Origin: Candidatus Cloacimonadales bacterium
GTDB lineage: Bacteria > Cloacimonadota > Cloacimonadia > Cloacimonadales > DAONDQ01
Direction of reading: 5' to 3'
Assembly (NCBI GenBank): GCA_963662275.1
Contig: OY759316.1
Coordinates: forward strand, 3,712,001-3,776,000
DNA length: 64,000 bases
This document shows, in pieces, positions 1 to 10,446 of this stretch. The notes under the pieces are model-generated. The model made no database searches. It was not told the DNA's origin and was given only the letters and a program-made list of their open reading frames with translations. How positions within the stretch are numbered: position 1 is the stretch's first letter; each line of letters starts with the position of its first letter. The position numbers and the translations under genes are program-made.

Positions 1-1992
1 TATCTCCTCGTAGAAGCAGGAACTGGAATTGGGAAATCTTTTGCCTATCTTATTCCTGCTATCCAGGTTGCCATTGAAAAGAAGGAAAAAGTTGTTATTT
101 CGACGAATACAAAGAATCTCCAGGAACAATTGATGGGAAAGGATTTGCCTTCTATCTGCCGGATACTGCCCCTGCCTTTCAAAGCATTACTCTTGAAAGG
201 AAGAGATAATTATCTCTGTGAAAAGCGCTGGCAGGAGATTATGTTCGATTTTGGCAAGATTCTCAACAGGCAGGAATTGGAAGGTTTATTGTACCTGGTC
301 ACTTGGCGTGAATTCAGCCAAACTGGAGATATTTCTGAAAATGGAGCGTTCGACCGTTCCAGGTATAGCACACTATGGAAAAAGCTGTTGGCAGACAGGT
401 ATTTCTGCCCTGGGAAGAAATGTGCTTCCTATGGTCATTGTCATTTAATGGAATTGAGACAGGAACAGGAATCTGCGAACCTGCTGATTGTAAATCATTC
501 CTTATTGCTGACGGATATCCTGAACGAAAATACGACCTTGGGTAAATATCGATATCTCATTGTTGATGAAGCTCACAATCTTCCCCAGATTGCTTCCAGA
601 CATTTAGGGATTAATTTGAGCTATGGTGACTTTTCCAGTTTCTTTAGCCTCTTATCTCATTCAGGCAAGAATCAGCAAAGTGGTTTAATTCCTTCAATTC
701 ACCAGGCTGCGGAAAAAAGTATGCTTCCGCCCAATAAAATTACTTTAGTGATCAAGCTATGCGAACTTATCACGAATCGTCTTTCTGAAGGCAGGGATAT
801 GATGCTGGAACTCTTCCAGTATGCCACCGCCATTGTGAAAGACCAGGGTACATATGGTAAGCATCGTATCAAGAAAATGGATGATTATCCGCATTTGACC
901 GACCTGTTTACAAAAGCTTTAGAGTATTGGAATGAGCTGGATAAGGAAGTCGCTCATTTACACTTACAGATGTCGGAATTCAATGTCAATCAATTCCCTG
1001 ACTATGATTCCCACCTGGCTAACCTGGAAGGAATCAGAAACCGGCTAACCGAATTTGAAAATGAACTGCAAAAGCTCATTGAGCCGGATATGGTCAATTT
1101 CGCCTATTGGCTGGAAAACACAGGTTTTACAGAATCTGCTTATCCTACTGCCAGTTTCAATTATGCACCCTTGGAAGTGAATGAATTGTTGGCAAAATCG
1201 TTGTATTCAGTTGTGGATTCTATTGTCTTTACTTCAGCCACCATCGCCATAAGAGGTGTTTTCAAGTACTTTGTCCAGCAGATGGGCTTAAATCTCATGG
1301 AAACCAAAATTGTCAGGGAACGCGTTGTTCTATCTCCCTTTGTATTCGAAAGGCAATCTGCTTTACTGATAGCCGGTTTTTTACCAGAACCAAATGATCA
1401 TTTCTTTCCTGCGCAAAGCATTTCGGTTCTAAGAGATGTACTGGAAGCCTCTAATGTTGGAAGCATGGTTCTTTTCACATCCTACAAGGATTTGAATTTT
1501 GTATATGATTCCCTGGAAAAAGAACTGTTCGAGAAAGATATTCCCTTACTCGCCCAAGGCAAAGGTGCCAGTCGTTCTGCCATATTGAATCAATTCAGGG
1601 ATCATGGCAAAGGAGTATTACTAGGCACGAGTTCTTTCTGGGAAGGCATTGACGTACAAGGTGAATCACTTTCCTTACTGATTATTTATAAACTGCCCTT
1701 CCAGGTTCCTTCCGAACCGATCGTGGAAGCCTATATCGAGAAGATTGAGAAAGATGGAAAGAACTCTTTCATGAACTACATCCTTCCCAATGCACTGCTG
1801 AAACTCAGACAGGGCTTTGGTCGCCTGATTCGAAGTAAGACGGATAGAGGTATTGTACTCATCATGGATAACAGGGTTGTAACAAAACAGTATGGCAAGT
1901 ATTTTAAGGAAGTATTGCCGACTAAATGTCATGAGATGAAGAATATCCTGGAACTTGAAAACGCAGTTGCCAAGTTCTTCCGTAAAATGTAA
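1..1992 (+). CDS. dinG: DinG/YoaA-family ATP-dependent Fe-S DNA helicase (5' end outside window)
   Basis: Frame is open from base 1: YLLVEAGTGIGKSFAYLIPA (Walker A), KGRDNYLC and a Cys cluster (Fe-S), IVDEAH, TSAT, FWEGIDV, QGFGRLIR motifs. Confidence 0.85.
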   Translation, partial: YLLVEAGTGIGKSFAYLIPAIQVAIEKKEKVVISTNTKNLQEQLMGKDLPSICRILPLPFKALLLKGRDNYLCEKRWQEIMFDFGKILNRQELEGLLYLVTWREFSQTGDISENGAFDRSRYSTLWKKLLADRYFCPGKKCASYGHCHLMELRQEQESANLLIVNHSLLLTDILNENTTLGKYRYLIVDEAHNLPQIASRHLGINLSYGDFSSFFSLLSHSGKNQQSGLIPSIHQAAEKSMLPPNKITLVIKLCELITNRLSEGRDMMLELFQYATAIVKDQGTYGKHRIKKMDDYPHLTDLFTKALEYWNELDKEVAHLHLQMSEFNVNQFPDYDSHLANLEGIRNRLTEFENELQKLIEPDMVNFAYWLENTGFTESAYPTASFNYAPLEVNELLAKSLYSVVDSIVFTSATIAIRGVFKYFVQQMGLNLMETKIVRERVVLSPFVFERQSALLIAGFLPEPNDHFFPAQSISVLRDVLEASNVGSMVLFTSYKDLNFVYDSLEKELFEKDIPLLAQGKGASRSAILNQFRDHGKGVLLGTSSFWEGIDVQGESLSLLIIYKLPFQVPSEPIVEAYIEKIEKDGKNSFMNYILPNALLKLRQGFGRLIRSKTDRGIVLIMDNRVVTKQYGKYFKEVLPTKCHEMKNILELENAVAKFFRKM

Positions 1993-1996
1993 TATC

Positions 1997-2118
1997 GTAG
2001 CTCCGGGTTTAGCCGGTTGTTCTGTGGTAGCTCCGCCTTTAGACGGTTGGTAGCTCCGGGTTTAGCCGGTTGGTAGCTCCGGGTTTACGCGGTTGTAGAG
2101 CAGGACTCCGATCCTGCT
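1997..2118. repeat. Cluster of GTAG-headed REP-like palindromes (4x GTAGCTCCG-N-TTTA-N-CGGTTG plus GTAGAGCAGGACTCCGATCCTGCT)
   Basis: Units start at 1997, 2027, 2050, 2073 and 2095; reverse-complement copies near 6955, 54225 and 57226. Confidence 0.8.
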
Positions 2119-2149
2119 GAAAAAATATTTATAATATACGAGGTTTCCC

Positions 2150-3052
2150 ATGAATATAATCGACGATTTACGCAATATAATAAATCAAGACCGCATCTTA
2201 ATCGATGAACCCATGAAAAACCACACCTATTTTCAGATTGGTGGAAAAGCTGACTATTTGGTAATACCAGGTTCTATCCCTGAACTCTCAAGCTTGTTGA
2301 AATATGCTTATCAACACAATATCCCATCGATGGTCATGGGCAATGGCAGCAATATGCTCGTTCGAGATGGCGGTATTCGAGGAATTGTCATCAATACGAC
2401 AGGGCTTCAATCATATGAAGTGAAACAGAATGTGATAATTGCTGAATGCGGAATAACCTTGGAAGACCTGGCTAATATTGCGATGACACACGAACTAACC
2501 GGACTGGAATTCGCTTCCGGTATTCCCGGCACACTTGGTGGAGCTGTCGTAATGAATGCTGGTGCCTATGGTGGAGAAATGCAGGATATCGTCTGTAAAA
2601 GCCAATACCTCGACAGTAACAATAACCTGCAGCATCTTACTTTCGAAGAGCATCTCTTTGGTTATCGCAGCAGTTTTTACCAGGGAATGATAGCTACTGT
2701 TACTTCTGTTACTTTAAATTTACATAAAGGTGACTTATCTCAGATTAAGGAGCGTATGGAAGATCTGCATAACCAGAGATGGGAAAAGCAGCCTATGGAT
2801 CAGCCCAGTGGTGGCAGTGTGTTCAAAAGACCGAGTGGAAATTATGTTGGTAAACTCATTGATGATTGCGGTTTGCGTGGTACACGCATCGGAGACGCGA
2901 TGATTTCAGATAAACACTGCGGATTCATTGTCAATGTAGGAAATGCAAAAGCAAAAGATGTATTAGATTTGATCAAACTTACCCAGGAAACAGTCTTCGA
3001 ACGCTTCGATGTAAGACTGGAACCGGAATTGCGTATAGTTGGAGAAGATTGA
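2150..3052 (+). CDS. murB: UDP-N-acetylmuramate dehydrogenase
   Basis: GNGSNMLVRDGG, GLEFASGIPGTLGGAVVMNAGAYG, SGGSVFKRP, KHCGFIVN motifs. Confidence 0.96.
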   Translation: MNIIDDLRNIINQDRILIDEPMKNHTYFQIGGKADYLVIPGSIPELSSLLKYAYQHNIPSMVMGNGSNMLVRDGGIRGIVINTTGLQSYEVKQNVIIAECGITLEDLANIAMTHELTGLEFASGIPGTLGGAVVMNAGAYGGEMQDIVCKSQYLDSNNNLQHLTFEEHLFGYRSSFYQGMIATVTSVTLNLHKGDLSQIKERMEDLHNQRWEKQPMDQPSGGSVFKRPSGNYVGKLIDDCGLRGTRIGDAMISDKHCGFIVNVGNAKAKDVLDLIKLTQETVFERFDVRLEPELRIVGED

Positions 3053-3173
3053 ATGCTCCTAAAACGATACAGTACAGTTGAATCCTAAAATCAAGCAAAG
3101 GGTCAGGATTTTATTGACAACAGAATTCTCATTTTCATACAAGAGTTGTCTATATCAAATATTGAGGTTGATT

Positions 3174-5258
3174 ATGAATCGTATGTTACCCATTCTGATT
3201 TTATTGCTTTCAATGGTTAGTTGTCTTTTTTGTTATGGTGATTTATATGCAATTGCATCACCCAGAGTGTGTAATTCATCTAATTCTTCCTGGAATTTTA
3301 CTTCAACAGGTTATTTAGATGATAACTCAGATATCATGTGCAACGAATTCACAAATTTGCTCTTTCCGAAGAAATGGTACAATCAGAACTGGTTGTATAG
3401 AACGCAGTTTCTAATAGATAATACACAAAATAGAAATACCTTGCTGAATACTCAATTCAAGATTCTACTCTCACAAGATAATTTTTCATATCTGCATGCA
3501 TTGCCAAATGGTGCTGATATCAGATTCACGGATTCAGGAGGAAGAAAATTACTGAATTACTGGATCGAAAGATGGGATACTACTTCAACTAGCCAGATAT
3601 GGGTTAATATACCCGAGGTTACTTCCGGTTCAACTACGACTATATTTATGTATTATGGAAATCCTCACGCCTTGGATCAGAGTAATGGACTAGCAGTTTT
3701 CGAAAATCATGGATTCGATGATTTTGAATCTTATTTTACAGGTTCAATTGTCGGTCAGGTTCCAAAACCCTCTGCCCCATGGAATTGCTATGATGGCAAT
3801 CCGGTACTATCGTCAGGATTTCGCATGAATACTATGTATGGTTTTAGTTCTGTCGTGAAAGATAGTTGTACTTTCCATATGTATTTTACGAAAAAGCCTT
3901 CCATCGGTCACGCCACTTCAACAGATGGATTAAACTGGACTGTAGATCGGGTTCACGGTGAAATTTTAGCGAATGCACTTGTACCTATGGTGTGGAAAGA
4001 AAATAGCAATTGGTATATGTTATACAGACACAGGATTGACTCAACTCATCACAACGGGATAGGATTAGCCACATCCTCAGATGGCATTTCCTGGGTAAAA
4101 TATCAATACAACCCAATTTTAATGGAAAAGGATACATCTTCTTGGCATGGTGGAATCGAGCCATGGGGTATCATCAAAGTTGCGAATACTTATTATTTGT
4201 TTTATAGTGATTGGAATAGTGGATTTGAACAGAGGAAAATAGGTATTGCCAAATCAACAGATCTATATCATTGGATAAAAGATATACATAATCCTATATT
4301 TACAGATGGTCGATTCTGCTGCTTCCCCTTTAAATATGGTGCATATTATTATTTGATCATCCCTCATTATTCATCCCTGAATGACTATTCTGTCCTAGAA
4401 CTTTATCGAGATAAAAACCCCACATTTTATCCGGAAGAAAGAGAATTTGTCAGGAACGTCGTTACTCCTAGTACGGAAGGAACATGGAATTACCAGGACC
4501 AGGATACTCCCTTCGTATTAACAGACGATATTCATAGGGATTCATTTCATCTTACCAATAATGAATTATGGATGTATTTTGCCGGTGCTCCAACCAATAC
4601 CCCTGCAACATGGTTCACAGGTCTGACAATCGAACCGGATATCAAGACAGCTCTGATCCCTCAAAAAGAGAAACCTCTTTGGGTTAGTAAGATCGAGAAT
4701 CATATTATTGTTGATAAACCCACCAAAAACAACAGTGGGAAAGCCTTATTTGTGCACTCTTCCCAAGGTTTTTCTTTGTTAAATGATCTCGATGCAACTC
4801 ATAAGGATGTGATTCAGCTCTGGATGAGAGCAGATAACAATCAGATCAATCAGTTTACTTTAGATATTTTAGATGCACAGGATAATCTTGAAGGCAGTAT
4901 TGGGTTTGGTCGCAGCAATTTTATTTATCATGATACGTTCAAAAGTAGATTTATCCAAACCCATATTCCCTATGCGCAAAACTCTTGGTATTTAATAGCA
5001 TTTGAACTGAATGGCAGTACATATAATGTCGTAGTATATAATGAAAATAACCAGGTAGTTTTCAGACAGGATGGACTTGAACTAGTTGCACCTGTTCATA
5101 AAATCACGATCTCTTCTGATGCTGTGGACAGGAATTCATTTGTCGGTTATGTGGATAATTTCCAGGTATTTCAGGATCAGGGAAAAATTTATCAAAGTAT
5201 TGAACAGCCTGATACTGAGGAATTGGTTTATACTCTTGATGATCATAATTTCAATTAG
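3174..5258 (+). CDS. Secreted protein with a DUF2341-like domain and a five-bladed beta-propeller glycosidase-like (GH32/43/130 clan) domain
   Basis: Signal peptide from ATG 3174; GADIRFTD...LNYWIE...IWVNIP...MYYGNP (DUF2341-like); repeated IGxATSxDGxxW blades. Confidence 0.6.
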   Translation: MNRMLPILILLLSMVSCLFCYGDLYAIASPRVCNSSNSSWNFTSTGYLDDNSDIMCNEFTNLLFPKKWYNQNWLYRTQFLIDNTQNRNTLLNTQFKILLSQDNFSYLHALPNGADIRFTDSGGRKLLNYWIERWDTTSTSQIWVNIPEVTSGSTTTIFMYYGNPHALDQSNGLAVFENHGFDDFESYFTGSIVGQVPKPSAPWNCYDGNPVLSSGFRMNTMYGFSSVVKDSCTFHMYFTKKPSIGHATSTDGLNWTVDRVHGEILANALVPMVWKENSNWYMLYRHRIDSTHHNGIGLATSSDGISWVKYQYNPILMEKDTSSWHGGIEPWGIIKVANTYYLFYSDWNSGFEQRKIGIAKSTDLYHWIKDIHNPIFTDGRFCCFPFKYGAYYYLIIPHYSSLNDYSVLELYRDKNPTFYPEEREFVRNVVTPSTEGTWNYQDQDTPFVLTDDIHRDSFHLTNNELWMYFAGAPTNTPATWFTGLTIEPDIKTALIPQKEKPLWVSKIENHIIVDKPTKNNSGKALFVHSSQGFSLLNDLDATHKDVIQLWMRADNNQINQFTLDILDAQDNLEGSIGFGRSNFIYHDTFKSRFIQTHIPYAQNSWYLIAFELNGSTYNVVVYNENNQVVFRQDGLELVAPVHKITISSDAVDRNSFVGYVDNFQVFQDQGKIYQSIEQPDTEELVYTLDDHNFN

Positions 5259-5422
5259 TGTCTCGTGATACATCATTTGACGGTAGAGTCTCTTCAGTTT
5301 CTCTGAGAAATGCATTAACATTACCATTAAAATATAAGAATTATGTTGACGTAATAGATATTGAAATAATTTTCCTAAAACTGGAAATGATAAATCAGCA
5401 TTTGATAAGGCAAGGGAGATCA

Positions 5423-6184
5423 ATGGACTACGATACTAGGTATATGAACAAACAACTTTGGGAAGAAAATTTGGATACATCATCATTAAAAAACAAAGTT
5501 CCGCTGATTTTTTCCTGGATTCCTCCCGATGTGACAACAATACTTGATATTGGCTGTGGCAATGGCATCCTGACAAATGCACTTGCACAAAATTACGATG
5601 TAACCGGCGTTGATTTTTCCCTGGAAGCTCTTCAATATGTAACCGGAAAGAAAATTCACTCCTCAGCAGCTCAAATACCGGTTGATGAGAAATCGTATGA
5701 TATGGTTTTCTCAAGCGAAATGTTGGAGCATTTATCGGACGATAACCTAAATAAGGCTATCAGTGAAATTAAGAGAATTGCAAAAAAATATATATTTATA
5801 ACAGTTCCTAATAATGAATTTCTTGAGAGTTTGTTTGTTAAGTGCAATAAATGTCACTTTACGTTCCATAAATATGGTCATCTCCAATCTTTCGATGTTA
5901 ATCGGCTGAACTCAATTGTGGGCGTAAAATTCCGCTTGCTGAAATCAGGTTTGTATGGTTCAGAACGCAAGACATTTAATCCATTTTTACTCAATATCAG
6001 AACCAAAATCGCAAATGTTTGGAGTACTGCTGATAAATTTACCTACTGTCCGAATTGTGGAAATAATGATTTTGGGAAAAAGAGAAAAACAATTCTTTCA
6101 AGATGCTGCCATGAAATAAACCAGGTCATTTCCAAAAAAAGTCCATATTGGCTTTTCGTTCTCTACGAACGAATAGAAGAATAG
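5423..6184 (+). CDS. Class I SAM-dependent methyltransferase
   Basis: ILDIGCGNG, GVDFS, SEMLEHL, ITVPN motifs; start moved to ATG 5423 behind an AGGGAG RBS. Confidence 0.85.
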   Translation: MDYDTRYMNKQLWEENLDTSSLKNKVPLIFSWIPPDVTTILDIGCGNGILTNALAQNYDVTGVDFSLEALQYVTGKKIHSSAAQIPVDEKSYDMVFSSEMLEHLSDDNLNKAISEIKRIAKKYIFITVPNNEFLESLFVKCNKCHFTFHKYGHLQSFDVNRLNSIVGVKFRLLKSGLYGSERKTFNPFLLNIRTKIANVWSTADKFTYCPNCGNNDFGKKRKTILSRCCHEINQVISKKSPYWLFVLYERIEE

Positions 6185-6367
6185 AATATGTATCATCACG
6201 TTACTTCTTGTAATTATCGTCACTTTATTTACTGAGACAAACCAGACTGATATAGCTTTTTGATAACTAATAACCAATTTTCATTAATCTGTTCATCGCC
6301 TATGCTTGGGCATCAAGAATTCAACGATTATTTAGAAGCAACAACTTTAGTCGTTGGATGAAATGCC

Positions 6368-6535
6368 GTAGTTCGCGACCTCCGGGCGTGATATAAGGCT
6401 GCCGGGACGTCAGCCCCTACTGTTAGATTATTCCCATTGAAATGGGTTTGGTTTGATGAATCAAACCGGTACAACGAATAAATTCGTTGCTACTGCTCTT
6501 CAGAACTTCTGACTTCGAACCTCGCACTTCGCACT
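6368..6535. repeat. Mixed REP-like palindromes and GTGCGAA-type heptamer repeats
   Basis: GGCTGCCGGGACGTCAGCCCCTAC and CAACGAATAAATTCGTTGCTAC both read GTAG... on the minus strand; followed by ttcgaac-ctcgcac-ttcgcac. Confidence 0.55.
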
Positions 6536-6928
6536 TTCTTTTTGAGGTAGGTTTCATCTAGGGATCATCTAGGCATTATCTAGGGATCATCTAGACTTTC
6601 TTAGATTTTCTTAGGAAGATGCTTTATTCATGTCATTTTTCATCTTTTCTGGTATTACCCGTGGAACCTTTATGGCTCATGAACCGCTCCTAAGTTAGAT
6701 AGTAACCAGGTACTAGTCAGATCCTAACCAGCTCCTAACCAGCTCCTAAAGTATTTTAGTTTTTGGTTAGTTCCTTATTACATTGTTTTTACGTCCAATT
6801 GAATAGGTGGTATAGGAAGAATTTGTGTGCGATTGGTAAAGGCGAAGTGTGAAAGTAAACGTATATATCTTATTAAGCAGTTAATGGAAGGATTGTCTAA
6901 TCTTTGGATCTACCCAAGAGAGGAATTC

Positions 6929-7054
6929 AGCAGGATCTGAATCCTACTCCTTGACCGCGTAAATGCGGAGCTACGGAATAGCAGGATCGGAATCCTATTC
7001 CTTGACCGCGTAAATGCGGAGCCACGGAATAGCTGGATATTAATCCTGCTCCAC
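6929..7054. repeat. 51-bp tandem of two REP-like hairpins (about 2.5 copies)
   Basis: AGCAGGATC...AATCCTA.TCCTTGACCGCGTAAATGCGGAGC.ACGGAAT at 6929 and 6980, partial copy at 7031. Confidence 0.75.
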
Positions 7055-7055
7055 T

Positions 7056-7712
7056 TCAAATAAACGAATCTGTTAGGAATGAATCAATTTGTTCGCGTAT
7101 TTCCTCGACAGAAAACAAGTAGCCTTCCTGCTTCAGGGAAGTTACAAAAGCATCGTGTGTGCGTCCCTGGCGATATCCAGGTTCTTGCTGGGGAGGGTAC
7201 AAATAGCGTGCAATCTCACTAGGTTCCTCAGATACATTCAATACAGCATGATAAAATAACATATCAGGATTGCGATATATTGCAGAACCAAGTATCTTTT
7301 TCTCTCCAATTGCCAAGTCCGATAGTCCTTTGTAATTGATATTTTCAATTCCCAGGCTTTCTAAGGCATTTTGTATTCTAGAACCCATGATATGGAAGAT
7401 TTTTCTAGATTGCAGATCATTGATATTAGTAAACAAAATAGAAATAACGACCATGTTGGGAGTCAGCAGGACAGACTCTCCACCTGTCGGTCTCCTGACG
7501 ATTCGTACACCATCAGCATCAGCTTTATCAACGAAGATAGCTGAATTCAAGTCATTGCTTTGTCCAAGCACCAGCACTTTTTCTTGGGGAATCCAGATCA
7601 ATTTACGTAAACCAAAATCCGAGAAATCAGTTAAAAGCCAGGCATCAGTCAGATCGTATTCTTTTATTCTTTCTGGACTTATTGGCTTAGAAAGTTTTGT
7701 CTTACTCGTCAT
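7056..7712 (-). CDS. Lipoate-protein ligase (BPL/LplA catalytic domain)
   Basis: VRRPTGGESV, SDLAIGEKKILGSA; last gene of the dehydrogenase operon. Confidence 0.85.
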   Translation of the reverse strand: MTSKTKLSKPISPERIKEYDLTDAWLLTDFSDFGLRKLIWIPQEKVLVLGQSNDLNSAIFVDKADADGVRIVRRPTGGESVLLTPNMVVISILFTNINDLQSRKIFHIMGSRIQNALESLGIENINYKGLSDLAIGEKKILGSAIYRNPDMLFYHAVLNVSEEPSEIARYLYPPQQEPGYRQGRTHDAFVTSLKQEGYLFSVEEIREQIDSFLTDSFI

Positions 7713-9043
7713 TACACATCCAGTGATGCCTCGCCAGCATCCATAAATACTTCAGATACGGTTGGATGGGCATGAATTGTCTGTGCTATATCATAAACGG
7801 TTCCTTCCATTGCCATTAATATGGAAGCCTCAGAGATCATATCCGTGGCATTCGGGGCAACGATCTGCACACCGAGTACTTCTCCATATTTAGGTTCTGA
7901 AAGGATACGAACAAATCCTTCGGTATTCCCTTCCGTCTGTGCTTTTCCATTGGCAAGCAGGAAGTAGATACCAACTTTGTATTCCAACCCTTTCTCCTTC
8001 AATTGCTGTTCAGTCAGACCAATTTGAGCAATCTCAGGGTCAGAATAGATATTCATCGGTGCCTTCGTCAAGTCAAAATCCTTATGTATCCCCTTGATAT
8101 TATTCACTACCTGGATTCCCTGGGCTGAAGCAGTATGTGCTAAAAAACTCTTACCTGTAACATCACCAGCTACGTAGATGGAAGGTATGGATGTCTGCAT
8201 GTTTTCATTCGAATGGATAAAGTTGTTTTGATCCATATCCAGTTTGATCTTCATCTCCGGTAAGATTGCCTTTCGATAACTGCAATTCAGGATCATGTCA
8301 AAAGGAATGACTTGTTCTCCCAACTGTAAGGCTGATTCAGGTGTGATTAACAGTTTATCAGTCACAAAAATGGGTATTTTATCCTGTTTGAAGAGTTTTG
8401 TGAGGAAATCTGAGACATAATGATCCACACCCGGCAGCAAATCCGCTGAAGGACTTACCAGTGTGACCTTCTTACCGATCAGATTAAGTAGTTGGGCGTA
8501 TTCCACAGCGACAGAACCATGTCCCCAGATAACGATATTTTCAGGCAGGTCATGCCATTGAAACAGGTTTTCCATTTCCATGACCTTATCCGGAGGAATT
8601 CCTTCTATCGATGTGGGTTTTGAACCGGTGCAAATGAGTATATTTTCCGTCTCATAGACCTGGTTATTGGCTTCTATGTGATGTTCATCAATGATGGTTG
8701 CTTCCGCCTGGAGGAATTCCACACCATTCTTTTTCCAGAGGAATTCAATTCCCCTAACCAGTTTCTTTACTACACTATCAGCACGTTTCAACGCTACAGC
8801 CCAATTGAATACGATGTTTCCAGGAATAATGCCATCAACACCAAAGGAAGAAGCTTCCTTCGTCTTTTTGAGCATCTTTGCGCTTTCCAGCATCGCTTTC
8901 GTGGGAATACATCCCCAATTGAGACACATTCCGCCTATATAGTTTTTATCGATGATCATGACTTCCATGCCTACCTGACCTGCCCTGATGGCAGCGACGT
9001 ATCCGGCTGGACCGGTACCGATAATGATTAAATCGTATTTCAT
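7712..9043 (-). CDS. lpdA: Dihydrolipoyl dehydrogenase (E3)
   Basis: GTGPAGYVAA, GGMCLNWGCIPTK, HAHPTVSE. Confidence 0.95.
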   Translation of the reverse strand: MKYDLIIIGTGPAGYVAAIRAGQVGMEVMIIDKNYIGGMCLNWGCIPTKAMLESAKMLKKTKEASSFGVDGIIPGNIVFNWAVALKRADSVVKKLVRGIEFLWKKNGVEFLQAEATIIDEHHIEANNQVYETENILICTGSKPTSIEGIPPDKVMEMENLFQWHDLPENIVIWGHGSVAVEYAQLLNLIGKKVTLVSPSADLLPGVDHYVSDFLTKLFKQDKIPIFVTDKLLITPESALQLGEQVIPFDMILNCSYRKAILPEMKIKLDMDQNNFIHSNENMQTSIPSIYVAGDVTGKSFLAHTASAQGIQVVNNIKGIHKDFDLTKAPMNIYSDPEIAQIGLTEQQLKEKGLEYKVGIYFLLANGKAQTEGNTEGFVRILSEPKYGEVLGVQIVAPNATDMISEASILMAMEGTVYDIAQTIHAHPTVSEVFMDAGEASLDV

Positions 9044-9051
9044 GAATTCTC

Positions 9052-10431
9052 CTAATACAGCAGCAATGAGCCCGGATCATGCAGATAATCCATGACTTGC
9101 TTCAGGAATCGGGCAGCCTCAGCTCCATCGACGATCCGATGGTCACAGGCAAAGGACAAAGCCATCATGTGAGCTATGACTATTTGATGATCTTTCACGA
9201 TAGGTTTTTCCTGGATTCGCCCCACACCGAGTATTCCCACCTGCGGGTAATTGATCACAGGAACACCGAATGTTCCACCGATCGTACCATAATTGGTGAT
9301 AGTGAAAGTTCCATTCTTGAGGTCTTCGAGAGTAAACTTTCTTTCAGAAGCTTTCGCTTCCAGGGTAAGAAGGTCATTGGCAATTTCATAGATGGACTTT
9401 TTATCTACATCCCTGACGACAGGTACGATTAACCCCTCAGGAGTGTCCATCGCAATACCGATATGATAATAGTGCTTCAAAAGCATCTGGTCATGCTCCA
9501 AATCGAGTTCAGCATTGATGGTTGGGTGGGCTTTCAGGGCATCTACAACAGCTTTCATGATAAATGGCAAATATGTAAGCTTAGAACCTATCTTTATAAA
9601 TTCTTCCTTGTGATGAAGCCGTTCGAGAAAAAGATCGTTCACTTCCACTTCATCCATAGCTGTCATATGCACTGCGTTCTGTTTGGAACGTGTCATGTTC
9701 CTGGCTATCGCTTTGCGTATCATAGTCAATGGTACGGCTTCAACGCCCGTAGCGCCGACTTCAGGCGGTAGTTCTGTTGGTTGTAAAGAAGACTTACTTC
9801 CTAAAGCAGGTGCTACTTTCAGCCGTGTCTTCCCGTCAAAATACAATTGAATATCCTGCTTCATGACCCGTCCGCCTGGTCCAGTACCTACAACTTCACC
9901 AATAATAACACCTAAATCCTTCGCCATCGCCCTGGCAACCGGTGTGGCAAGGACTTTCCTTCCTAAAGGAGGTTTGTCACCGACTAAAGTCGTTTCTACA
10001 CCTTCTAAAGAAGGTGCTACAATAGGTGCTACGGTGGATACTGCAATCCCTTCTGAAGATGCAGGTAAATATGCTCCTTCTCCAGCAATCTCAAGGGTTC
10101 CCACAACTCCAAAGTTCTTTTCTTCAATAGGCTGACTGGTTGCTGACTTGGGCACTTCCACAGCAATTATCTTTGCCTGTTCAGGAGAAACTCCTTCTAT
10201 TTCGAGTTCCACCAGCACATTTCCCACATTGATGACATCACCAACATTTCCATACCTGGCTGCAACGGTACCAGCCTTGGGTGATGGAATATCTGTTACT
10301 ACCTTGTCCGTTTCCATCTTCACCAGGGCGTCCCCTGATTTAATGGATTGACCTTTATCAATGTACCACTGGAGAATCTTTCCTTCCGTAATTCCTTCAC
10401 CGATATCGGGAAACTTGAATGTAAAACGCAT
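9052..10431 (-). CDS. pdhC: 2-oxoacid dehydrogenase E2 dihydrolipoamide acyltransferase
   Basis: Lipoyl domain METDKV, E3-binding ATPVARAMA...GTGPGGRV, catalytic DHRIVDG. Confidence 0.92.
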   Translation of the reverse strand: MRFTFKFPDIGEGITEGKILQWYIDKGQSIKSGDALVKMETDKVVTDIPSPKAGTVAARYGNVGDVINVGNVLVELEIEGVSPEQAKIIAVEVPKSATSQPIEEKNFGVVGTLEIAGEGAYLPASSEGIAVSTVAPIVAPSLEGVETTLVGDKPPLGRKVLATPVARAMAKDLGVIIGEVVGTGPGGRVMKQDIQLYFDGKTRLKVAPALGSKSSLQPTELPPEVGATGVEAVPLTMIRKAIARNMTRSKQNAVHMTAMDEVEVNDLFLERLHHKEEFIKIGSKLTYLPFIMKAVVDALKAHPTINAELDLEHDQMLLKHYYHIGIAMDTPEGLIVPVVRDVDKKSIYEIANDLLTLEAKASERKFTLEDLKNGTFTITNYGTIGGTFGVPVINYPQVGILGVGRIQEKPIVKDHQIVIAHMMALSFACDHRIVDGAEAARFLKQVMDYLHDPGSLLLY

Positions 10432-10446
10432 GTTATGCCCCCTTGC

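Noticed and set aside
5258..5422. N-terminal extensions given by the ORF track (also 3078, 44416, 46235, 47879)
   Set aside because: Downstream ATGs fit better with an RBS, a signal peptide or the neighbouring gene boundary
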